Shown one piece after another: positions 1 to 7,210 of a stretch of DNA of 64,000 nucleotides. Numbering within the stretch: position 1 is the first letter of the stretch; each line of letters begins with the position of its first letter. The notes beneath the pieces were generated by a model. It saw only the letters and a program-made list of their open reading frames with translations, was not told the DNA's origin and searched no databases. Both the position numbers and the translations under genes were made by a program. Source of the DNA: Candidatus Staskawiczbacteria bacterium RIFCSPHIGHO2_02_FULL_42_22 (GTDB lineage Bacteria; Patescibacteriota; Minisyncoccia; Minisyncoccales; Staskawiczbacteraceae); the NCBI GenBank assembly GCA_001820175.1, contig MHOT01000010.1, positions 8,578 to 72,577 of the forward strand, in the 5' to 3' direction.

Positions 1-338
1 AGGTGGCACAGGCGCATATCCTCGGCTTCAATAAGATAGATGGTGTTTTTTCCTCGTTCTTTGCCCTGGACATTGTCATGAAACGAATCAATGCCTTGCA
101 CAAATACCCCCTTAACTTCATATTCTCCCGGGTTTTCTATTAAAAATGGAGTCCCCTTAATAGCTTTGGTTTCGTTGTGGTCCGCATGTCCATGGCTTAC
201 CAGCAAAATGTCAGCCGAAAAATTCGGCATTTTAAGGCCTATCTCGCCAAAGGGATCAATGACCACATCAGCTGAATGATCTTTTCCGTTTGACAGTGAT
301 ATATGGAAGCAGGACTGCCCCGCCCAGGTTATTTTCAT
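1..338 (-). CDS. MBL-fold metal-dependent hydrolase (UPF0173-like); C-terminal part lies outside the window
   Basis: Not in ORF track because it runs off the window. Hand translation from ATG (complement of 336-338): MKITWAGQSCFHISLSNGKDHSADVVIDPFGEIGLKMPNFSADILLVSHGHADHNETKAIKG...; HxHxDH metallo-beta-lactamase motif. Confidence 0.7.
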   Translation of the reverse strand, partial: MKITWAGQSCFHISLSNGKDHSADVVIDPFGEIGLKMPNFSADILLVSHGHADHNETKAIKGTPFLIENPGEYEVKGVFVQGIDSFHDNVQGKERGKNTIYLIEAEDMRLCH

Positions 339-344
339 AGAACA

Positions 345-420
345 TGGAACATGGAACATGGAACAAACGGAACATATTCGTTTGTTATGTGTTCTATGTT
401 ATGTGTTATATTCAACCATT
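345..420. repeat. Word-stutter hairpin (tandem GGAACAT words facing ATGTT-type words; apex aacaaacg/cgtttgtt)
   Basis: Read directly: gaacatggaacatggaacatggaacaaacggaacatattcgtttgttatgtgttctatgttatgtgtt. Confidence 0.6.
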
Positions 421-538
421 TTATCACACCATTTTTTATTATTCAACCATCATACATTTCTATCTATCCACACTTCCATGGTCATCCATCAAAGAAAGAC
501 ACGGGGGCGATAGAAGAAATACCGCTGAAAATTCCATT

Positions 539-574
539 TTCCACAAATTTTCACGATCGTGGAAATTTGTGGAA
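539..574. promoter_or_regulatory. 36-bp near-perfect palindrome centred on CGATCG, each arm carrying a TTTTCCACA word
   Basis: ttccacaaattttcacgatcgtggaaatttgtggaa; one mismatch between arms. Confidence 0.5.
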
Positions 575-585
575 AATAAATTTAA

Positions 586-619
586 ATAAAAAAATCCCGC
601 CGTGATTACACGAGCGGGA
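586..619 (-). terminator. Rho-independent terminator downstream of ORF 631-1242
   Basis: Stem tcccgc/gcggga with an A-run on + strand (T-run on - strand) directly after the stop. Confidence 0.65.
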
Positions 620-630
620 ATGGATCGGCC

Positions 631-1242
631 TTACTGGCCCCGCGGGGTGCCGATACCCTGTTTTTTTATAATATGCGAAATGAGCGCCGGCGTGGGGAAA
701 AAGACGTTGAACGCCCCTTGACCGTCGTGTTCAGGCACAGCATTGAGCAGGTTCCTGTCCAAAAGCTCACGGATGCCGGTAACCACATAGTCCGGCCCGA
801 ACAAGTAAATTCCACTAAAGGGAATGACTTCCGGTTGGTCAAGATCCGACTGACTGAATTTCGGTTTTTCGGCAAACCATCCCCAGATACCGAATGTCAG
901 AACATTCAGCCAGAACCAACGGTCCATCTGATTACCCCAGACGCGCCGACGGCCGGCATGCTTTTCCTTTGAAGCCGAAAATATTTCACAATCTCGCTTC
1001 ATCATTTCAACCAAAACTCTCCCGCTGACCCCGACCCACTGGTCGAGGTGTTGGGAAAACGAAATGATGCGGGCGGCGGCTTCCTCCTGTTCCGATCGCC
1101 CCAGCACACCGGCAATAAAGTAGTGTCCGATACGGATCTGGCGCGGAGTGCAGGGCATTTCTTCTTCTGCTAAATATAGACCGTCTTGAACACAACGCAT
1201 CGCAGTGTCTCCAAAAGGTACTGATTGGCAAAACGTCTCCAC
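631..1242 (-). CDS. Hypothetical protein (GC-rich orphan)
   Basis: 203-aa ORF with own terminator; no motif I recognise; GC visibly higher than neighbours. Confidence 0.5.
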   Translation of the reverse strand: METFCQSVPFGDTAMRCVQDGLYLAEEEMPCTPRQIRIGHYFIAGVLGRSEQEEAAARIISFSQHLDQWVGVSGRVLVEMMKRDCEIFSASKEKHAGRRRVWGNQMDRWFWLNVLTFGIWGWFAEKPKFSQSDLDQPEVIPFSGIYLFGPDYVVTGIRELLDRNLLNAVPEHDGQGAFNVFFPTPALISHIIKKQGIGTPRGQ

Positions 1243-1373
1243 ATTACTACATCAATTATTATTTGTCAATGTTGCACGATGCCAAAATTTAAGGTAGTAT
1301 TTTTGGTATTACTATTAATTAGCCAGCTGGGGAAATTTTAAAAATATTTTCCGCCTGGCTACATATATTTATT

Positions 1374-2525
1374 ATGAAAGAAGCAGTTTCCAAGCAAAAA
1401 ACGAGCGACTCGGTAATTCCCCCATCTATCGGTTCTATTGTAGAGGGAAAATTAATCGCCCGCGACCGGTCTTCTATTTTTATTGATTTAGGGCCGCAAG
1501 GAACCGGCATCATTTTTGGCCGAGAATTTTATGAGGTAAAAGATGCTATTAAAAACCTACAAATTGGCGATATTATCCACGCCAAAATCGTAGAACTGGA
1601 AAACGAAGAGGGCTACCGCGAATTATCACTGCAAGATGCCACTAAAGATATTAACTGGCAGAAATTACGCGAAATGAAAGATAATCAGGAAATTATCAAG
1701 GTGAAAATCACCGGGGTTAACAAAGGAGGACTGCTTACCAACATCAATAATATTGCGGCTTTCTTGCCGGTATCACAGTTATCTCCAGAAAATTATCCTA
1801 GGGTAACCGATGCCGATAAAGCCAAAATATTAAAAGAACTGCAAAAATTTATTGGCAAAACCTTGGAAGTAAAAGTGCTGGATTTGTTGGCTGAAGAAAA
1901 TAAGCTGATTTTGTCGGAAAAAGCCAAGACCGAACAGGCCATCAAGCAAATGCTCAATAACTACAAAAAGGGAGACGTGGTGGATGGAAAAATTACTGGC
2001 ATTGCTGATTTTGGAGTGTTTATTCGTTTTCCGCTCGCAGCGGAAAACGCGCAGAACAATGCGGAAATTAACCCTCCTTCGCCAGATGCTTCGGCGGGGC
2101 AAGGCGCGGAAAAACGCGGAAAAGACGATAGCATTGAAGGATTAATCCATATTTCTGAATTGGACTGGCAACTAGTTCAAAACCCCTCTGAAATTGTAAA
2201 AGTGGGAGAAATAATAAAAGCGCAGATTATTGATATTCACAATAACCAAGTATTTTTGTCGCTTAAATCGCTAAAAGAAAATCCTTGGGAAAAAATTGAA
2301 AAAGAGCATAAAAAGGGAGACATAATTAAGGGAAAAGTCATCAGTTTTAGCCCATTTGGCGCGTTTGTGGAAGTGATGCCAAAAATCCGGGGCCTCTGCC
2401 ACATTTCCGAATTTGCCAGCCAGAAGGAAATGGAGGACTCGCTAAAACCCGGCGAAATGTACGATTTTGAAATTTTGTTGATTGAACCAAAAGAGCACCG
2501 AATGAGCTTGAAATTGGTAAAATAA
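1374..2525 (+). CDS. rpsA: 30S ribosomal protein S1 (multi S1-domain)
   Basis: Repeated S1 RNA-binding domain signatures (G.IV.G.V..I....IFIDLG, GVFIRF...EGLIHISEL, FGAFVEV...GLCHISEF). Confidence 0.9.
   Translation: MKEAVSKQKTSDSVIPPSIGSIVEGKLIARDRSSIFIDLGPQGTGIIFGREFYEVKDAIKNLQIGDIIHAKIVELENEEGYRELSLQDATKDINWQKLREMKDNQEIIKVKITGVNKGGLLTNINNIAAFLPVSQLSPENYPRVTDADKAKILKELQKFIGKTLEVKVLDLLAEENKLILSEKAKTEQAIKQMLNNYKKGDVVDGKITGIADFGVFIRFPLAAENAQNNAEINPPSPDASAGQGAEKRGKDDSIEGLIHISELDWQLVQNPSEIVKVGEIIKAQIIDIHNNQVFLSLKSLKENPWEKIEKEHKKGDIIKGKVISFSPFGAFVEVMPKIRGLCHISEFASQKEMEDSLKPGEMYDFEILLIEPKEHRMSLKLVK
2031..2124 (+). repeat. In-frame repeat insertion inside an S1 domain (partner copy at 12258-12323)
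   Basis: Encodes AENAQNNAEINPPSPDASAGQGAEKRGKD between FIRFP and IEGLIHISEL; shares atgcggaaattaaccct and gcgcggaaa..cgcggaaaa with the copy in the MutY-like gene. Confidence 0.6.
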
Positions 2526-2578
2526 ATTTTAAGCCACCCACCAAAAAATCCGCTTCTGCGGATTTTTTGGTATAATGA
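2428..2578 (+). repeat. Direct repeat, left copy (authentic rpsA 3' end + terminator + TGGTATAAT)
   Basis: About 150 nt repeated at 3880-4029 with roughly 9 in 10 positions identical by eye. Confidence 0.85.
2543..2568 (+). terminator. rpsA terminator hairpin
   Basis: aaaaaatccgc ttct gcggatttttt. Confidence 0.75.
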
Positions 2579-2585
2579 TACATAT

Positions 2586-3446
2586 ATGAAAAATATTGTA
2601 ATTCCAAAGACAAATAACTCATCTCTTATTGCTCAATTAGGATCTTTTTATAATGCTTTTAAAAATATTACATTTGGAGAAAAAGTAATTATTGATGCAT
2701 CCTCATTGAATTGGGCACATCCTCTTTTAATATTACCTATAAGTGCTTATATTAACGAAACTCGAAGCGAAATCAATACGGATGACTGTAATGGTAATAT
2801 AAAATCATATTTAGAAATGATAAAATTCCCTAAGGGTGTGAATTCTATATCTTCTTTTCAAAAACAAATACAAAAATATAAGACATATATACCCATAAGC
2901 GTCTTACATAAGGAAAGCACTGTTGATAGGGAACGACTAGAATCACTATTTTCTGAAAAAATTTATGAAATTCTCGGGAATATACCAGGAGCCGAAAATG
3001 CAGTATTTTACCCAATATCAGAACTCATAACTAATATTTTTGAACATAGTAAAAAGGAACAGGGTTTTATTTTTGGACAATTTTATCCCAGTAAGAAATA
3101 TTTAGATGTCTGCATCGTTGATTGTGGCAGAGGATTTGCTAAGGCATACAAAGAAGAGCAAAACTTAGAATTATCAGATCAAGAAGCAATAATAGAAGCA
3201 ATGAAGGGTAATTCTATCAAAAAAGACAAAGAAAGAGGTTATGGTTTAAGAACTTCGAAAAACGTGATATGTAAGGCATTAAAGGGTGGAGGATTTATTC
3301 TTATTTCCGGTTCTTCTGCCCTTGTTTCTACAGAACAAGGGGAAAGATTAGTCTATTTAAAAGATTTCTATTGGCAAGGGACTATTATCGCCTATAGAAT
3401 ACCAAAACCCAATGGCCCCATTGACATATCTCCATACATAGAATAA
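2586..3446 (+). CDS. GHKL-type ATPase / RsbW-SpoIIAB-like serine kinase fold protein
   Basis: N-box ELITNIFEHS, G1 box DCGRGF, G2 box GYGLRTS in canonical order; about 27% GC over the first 60 nt. Confidence 0.65.
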   Translation: MKNIVIPKTNNSSLIAQLGSFYNAFKNITFGEKVIIDASSLNWAHPLLILPISAYINETRSEINTDDCNGNIKSYLEMIKFPKGVNSISSFQKQIQKYKTYIPISVLHKESTVDRERLESLFSEKIYEILGNIPGAENAVFYPISELITNIFEHSKKEQGFIFGQFYPSKKYLDVCIVDCGRGFAKAYKEEQNLELSDQEAIIEAMKGNSIKKDKERGYGLRTSKNVICKALKGGGFILISGSSALVSTEQGERLVYLKDFYWQGTIIAYRIPKPNGPIDISPYIE

Positions 3447-3489
3447 CAATATCTATTGTGGTATAATAACATTGAGCAATTAAAGATCT

Positions 3490-3858
3490 ATGAAAAATAA
3501 AAGCCATAATTTCATCACAATTAAGATAAGTAAATTATTGGCTCCTATTATAAGTTCTCGTGATGTAGCCAATGTATTGGAGGATAAAATAAATGAAACT
3601 GATACAACATCAGTAGTTTTGGATTTTAATAATATTAAATTCGTTTCTCGTTCAGCAACTCACTCATTGCTTGTATTGAAAGAAAAAATTGAAACCAATA
3701 TACCTAGGAGAGAATTGTCTTTCATTAATGCTAATAATGATGTTAAAGAAATGATTCGTACCGTAGCATCTAATAGGGCTTTCCCAAAAAAAGAAACGCC
3801 GGAATTTAATCCAGAAAAAACCGACATCGCTTCGCTATTAGAAGAAGCTGCCTTCTAA
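3490..3858 (+). CDS. STAS-like domain protein (DUF4325-like)
   Basis: SRDVANVLEDKI....VVLDFNNIKFVSRSATHSLL pattern typical of STAS-like DUF4325; sits directly after the GHKL gene. Confidence 0.55.
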   Translation: MKNKSHNFITIKISKLLAPIISSRDVANVLEDKINETDTTSVVLDFNNIKFVSRSATHSLLVLKEKIETNIPRRELSFINANNDVKEMIRTVASNRAFPKKETPEFNPEKTDIASLLEEAAF

Positions 3859-3879
3859 TTTTAGGACATTTTATTAAGG

Positions 3880-4029
3880 AGATGGAAGAATCCCTAAAAC
3901 CCGGCGAAACGTACGACTTTGAAATTTTATTGATTGAACCCAAAGAACACCGAATGAGCTTGAAATTGGTAAAATAATGCAATCCGCGCACCCAAAAAAT
4001 CCGCTTCTGCGGATTTTTTGGTATAATGA
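3880..4029 (+). repeat. Direct repeat, right copy (pseudo rpsA 3' end EMEESLKPGETYDFEILLIEPKEHRMSLKLVK* + terminator + TGGTATAAT)
   Basis: Aligns to 2428-2578; no upstream S1 coding sequence, so it is a gene-end remnant. Confidence 0.85.
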
Positions 4030-4033
4030 AACC

Positions 4034-4438
4034 ATGGAAAAAGAAATTATGTATACGGCAAAATTTGTAAGAGATCCTGAATTATTATTAAGAAAATTTC
4101 CACCAAAACATGTTCGTATATTTGCCCATCACTCCACAATTGCTTTTAAACCTAAAAATGTCGATGGCATAGAAATAGGTAGAAAATCGTTGATGAAAAT
4201 CATAGGCCGGGCTTACGATGAAAAAGGCGATGCCCTACTAGTTGAAAATCCCATATCAGAAAATGAATATCCCCACATTACTCTTTCCTGTGCCGATAAC
4301 GTGCCCCCTTTTTACTCAAATGAATTATTGAAAAAAGCTAGTGAAAATAACACGATAGAACATTTTGATGCACCGGAAGAAATTGAAGTGATTGAAGGAT
4401 ATTTCGATGGCAAAAACGAGGTTATTGAAAAAAAATAG
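4034..4438 (+). CDS. Possible 2H-phosphoesterase-like protein
   Basis: Two H-x-T/S-x motifs (AHHSTIAF and PHITLSC) spaced as in 2H/LigT-type enzymes. I start at ATG 4034 because the tracked ORF start (3977) lies in the duplicated terminator. Confidence 0.4.
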   Translation: MEKEIMYTAKFVRDPELLLRKFPPKHVRIFAHHSTIAFKPKNVDGIEIGRKSLMKIIGRAYDEKGDALLVENPISENEYPHITLSCADNVPPFYSNELLKKASENNTIEHFDAPEEIEVIEGYFDGKNEVIEKK

Positions 4439-4448
4439 TAAAATAATA

Positions 4449-4480
4449 CCCCGCCGATTCAACCGAATCAGCGGGGTTTT
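4449..4480. terminator. Bidirectional terminator hairpin between convergent genes
   Basis: ccccgc cgattcaaccgaatca gcgggg tttt. Confidence 0.6.
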
Positions 4481-4482
4481 GG

Positions 4483-5361
4483 TTACGAAACCTTCGAAAC
4501 ATTCACTATCTTGGGCGGGCTCCCATGCTTTTTGCCAAAGGAAACCGCTTCAAAGTAGGAGATCACGTCTCCCCTATGAAGTTGGACGATTCCTTCGGCA
4601 TCCGGCGGTTCCATGACGTCGATGCCATGAACCCATGTACTGGAACCGTCGTGGAGCTTGACAATGCCCTGGCCGGTTTGACCGCCAAAGCACGTATACC
4701 AATCCACGACTGCGAAACCACGATCGGGCACCGGCAGTGGCGGATCCAGTTCTTCGGCCACTCTTCTCCATGGCTGAAGTTCAGCGTCTTGCATAAGTTG
4801 CTGAAAATCAGGCACTTCCAAGATCATTTTACGGGATTCAAACGAACCCCACGTATGGTCTTTGGGCCGGCCGACGACACGAACGCCATCCTGGAAAAGC
4901 TTTCCCTTCCAGCGGTACTCACCGTGGAGCCGCCAGGTCTTGCCGTCGTCGTGGGTGATGATCCCTACTTGGAAAAGCCGGATTGAACCATCATGGTCCA
5001 AATGCCAGCAATCCAAACGGTTGGGATTGTCGCTATGCCAGTTGGTCCAGACGTTTTTTCCCGCGCGCTTGACCTGAATGGGATCGTGCATCATGCATAG
5101 ATCATACCGATCCACCAAATCAGGGAAGTCAGTCAAAGCGTTTTTACTGTAACCTCCCTTTTCCTGGCCGACGTTTTTCTGGACGACGACGGTTCTGCCA
5201 TGCTTTGGCAGGAGCACCGCCAGGTAGAACCCTGTGGGGTTGACACCCCTGGGGACCGAAATGATTCCCTGGTCGCTGACTTCAAGATACGTTTCGATCT
5301 TGTTGGCCAGCGAAACCGAAGCCCGAATATTTGGATCAGTAAAAAAGCGAATCGTTTCCAT
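4483..5361 (-). CDS. Hypothetical protein (GC-rich orphan)
   Basis: 292-aa ORF; about 57% GC in a 60-nt sample; no recognised motif. Confidence 0.5.
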   Translation of the reverse strand: METIRFFTDPNIRASVSLANKIETYLEVSDQGIISVPRGVNPTGFYLAVLLPKHGRTVVVQKNVGQEKGGYSKNALTDFPDLVDRYDLCMMHDPIQVKRAGKNVWTNWHSDNPNRLDCWHLDHDGSIRLFQVGIITHDDGKTWRLHGEYRWKGKLFQDGVRVVGRPKDHTWGSFESRKMILEVPDFQQLMQDAELQPWRRVAEELDPPLPVPDRGFAVVDWYTCFGGQTGQGIVKLHDGSSTWVHGIDVMEPPDAEGIVQLHRGDVISYFEAVSFGKKHGSPPKIVNVSKVS

Positions 5362-5484
5362 GGGAAACTCCTTAATGGCAAAAACTTTTTTGCAACAAGC
5401 AGAAAAGAATTTACCAAGCCAATTGTCAACGTGCTTTCATCCCCGCATTTGCATTTTTAAAAATGCAAACGCGGAGATGAAATA

Positions 5485-6453
5485 TTATGCCATATATCTG
5501 GGCAGGGCCTCTCTCATTGCCTCCTTAATTCTTGTAATAGAAATTTTAGTGGGCTCAACCCCTTTGGGATTGGCACCGCCATTCAGCAAGGAATTAGTTG
5601 CCCTATCATAGTACCATTCGGAAACACTTTCCAATTTCCCTGGTTTCATTAACTCAATTGGCGGATATTCTATATTTTTTCCCTTTAATTGCAACTCTTC
5701 GTCTCGTAAATAGGCCGCCAGCCATCGTAAATCAACTCTTTTAAATTGCTTAGTTAAAATATTAGTATAACCCGAAGTTTTTCTTTGGCACACCACATCG
5801 GCTTTTAACCCTATCGATGACTTAAGCCATCCGGGCATGCTTACATTATCGGATTCCAGTGCCACGATTTTTAATTTTTTCCCGCGTTGTTTTACCTCAA
5901 AAATTTCTGCCTTTCCAGCCCGTAAATATTTTTCGAATTCTTGAGGTAATTCGCTGGTTCTTTTTCTTTCTTCTAAGTAATGGGCCTCAAGCAACGGAAA
6001 AACGATATCAAGGATTCTTGCCGGACTTTCCGTGGTTTTATTTAAAGAAGAAATTAAACCCGATAATCCAAACGTTCTATCAAGCTGATCAGTAGAAATA
6101 GTCCCGACACCGTGCTTATCGTCTCGCTCAGCATATGCCAGCAATTTTAAAATGGCTGGATCTTCCATAACACCCACGTCCAAAGACACCAATTCAGAAA
6201 GTATTTTTCCTTTTTGGTGATGATCAAGATCGCCTCCGCCTACGTCCAAGCAGATAATACCCTTTTCTTTCAAAGAATCACTGGTTTCACCTTCTTGCAA
6301 TGCCTGACGTATTTCAATTTCCGCATTTTCAATTCCTGGATACTTGGTGCTACCAAATTTTTTTAGCAGGAAAATGCCCAAAATGGTATCGGGGTGTAGG
6401 GAGCTTGGAATAATGATTTTATAGTAATTGGGAACTGTCATATACTTTAACAT
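5485..6453 (-). CDS. MYG1/UPF0160-like metal-dependent hydrolase (tentative)
   Basis: SSLHPDTILGIFLL and CLDVGGGDLDHHQKG resemble the HxDE and DVGG...DHHQ motifs of the MYG1 family. Confidence 0.4.
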   Translation of the reverse strand: MLKYMTVPNYYKIIIPSSLHPDTILGIFLLKKFGSTKYPGIENAEIEIRQALQEGETSDSLKEKGIICLDVGGGDLDHHQKGKILSELVSLDVGVMEDPAILKLLAYAERDDKHGVGTISTDQLDRTFGLSGLISSLNKTTESPARILDIVFPLLEAHYLEERKRTSELPQEFEKYLRAGKAEIFEVKQRGKKLKIVALESDNVSMPGWLKSSIGLKADVVCQRKTSGYTNILTKQFKRVDLRWLAAYLRDEELQLKGKNIEYPPIELMKPGKLESVSEWYYDRATNSLLNGGANPKGVEPTKISITRIKEAMREALPRYMA

Positions 6454-6525
6454 ACTTTATCAAATAAAATTACTTTTGTCAATACCAAATTATTTGACAA
6501 TACCACTAATTAATTATACTATCAA

Positions 6526-7098
6526 ATGCAAAGAGGCGTTCTTTTACAATTTTTCTGGGGGCAAAAAGTGTCTAACAATATTGTTTTTCTGGGTGACTGG
6601 TCCAACCTCAAAAGAGGAGAACTGGACAATGATTACAAGCCAGCAGAGTATGATAAAGAGGCCGGTTTTAAGCGATTGAAAGATTTTCTTTTTGATATTG
6701 CTACGCCAACATTGTGTAGCATTTACACTCCGTTGCACGACATCTATGGCCATTTTGAGTTTTTGCGGGATCAGGGGTTTACCATTGTATTGTGCCCGAT
6801 AGTATGGTCAACCTCAACTGATACCACTGATCAAAAACTTACCATGGACGCTTTAAATTTAATAGAAAATTACGATATGCAATATCTTTGTTTGGGTAGC
6901 GGAGATGGTCACTTCAAGGATGTGCTCCAAGCCGCCAAAGCCAAAGGCATCAAAGTAGCGGTGGTATATGGAAGTGAACGATCGCTATCTGCAGAAATTC
7001 GGGCTATGGTAGACACATATCCCGAAGGCCATCCAAAAAAAGGGCAGAAAATGCTCCATATGTTTTCTCCCACCCGGCAGCCTTTATTGACAAGGTAG
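6526..7098 (+). CDS. NYN-domain (LabA/DUF88-like) putative ribonuclease
   Basis: TDQKLTMDAL and LGSGDGHFKDVLQAAKAKGIKVAVV motifs; true start may be GTG 6568. Confidence 0.6.
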   Translation: MQRGVLLQFFWGQKVSNNIVFLGDWSNLKRGELDNDYKPAEYDKEAGFKRLKDFLFDIATPTLCSIYTPLHDIYGHFEFLRDQGFTIVLCPIVWSTSTDTTDQKLTMDALNLIENYDMQYLCLGSGDGHFKDVLQAAKAKGIKVAVVYGSERSLSAEIRAMVDTYPEGHPKKGQKMLHMFSPTRQPLLTR

Positions 7099-7155
7099 CG
7101 AAATCGATACTCGCTGCTTTTTTTTGAAAAATATTACAAAAAATTGCACAGGGGA

Positions 7156-7184
7156 TTGACAAGTTATAAAATAAATCATAGAGT
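7156..7184 (+). promoter_or_regulatory. Sigma70-like promoter of the 590-aa orphan
   Basis: TTGACA, 17 nt spacer, TAGAGT. Confidence 0.5.
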
Positions 7185-7210
7185 GTACTTGGTTCTTTGA
7201 AATACTGTAA

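Noticed and set aside
3977-4033. Tracked 5' extensions of ORFs 3977-4438, 9190, 17146, 22161, 43302, 44437 and 51221
   Set aside because: Each extension consists of terminator, promoter, MITE or repeat sequence, so internal ATG or GTG starts were preferred.
5133-5611. ORFs 5133-5429, 5200-5460 and 5234-5611 around the 5362-5484 spacer
   Set aside because: They overlap the ends of two better-supported minus-strand genes and a terminator hairpin (ccccgcatttgcatttttaaaaatgcaaacgcgg), and they have no motifs.
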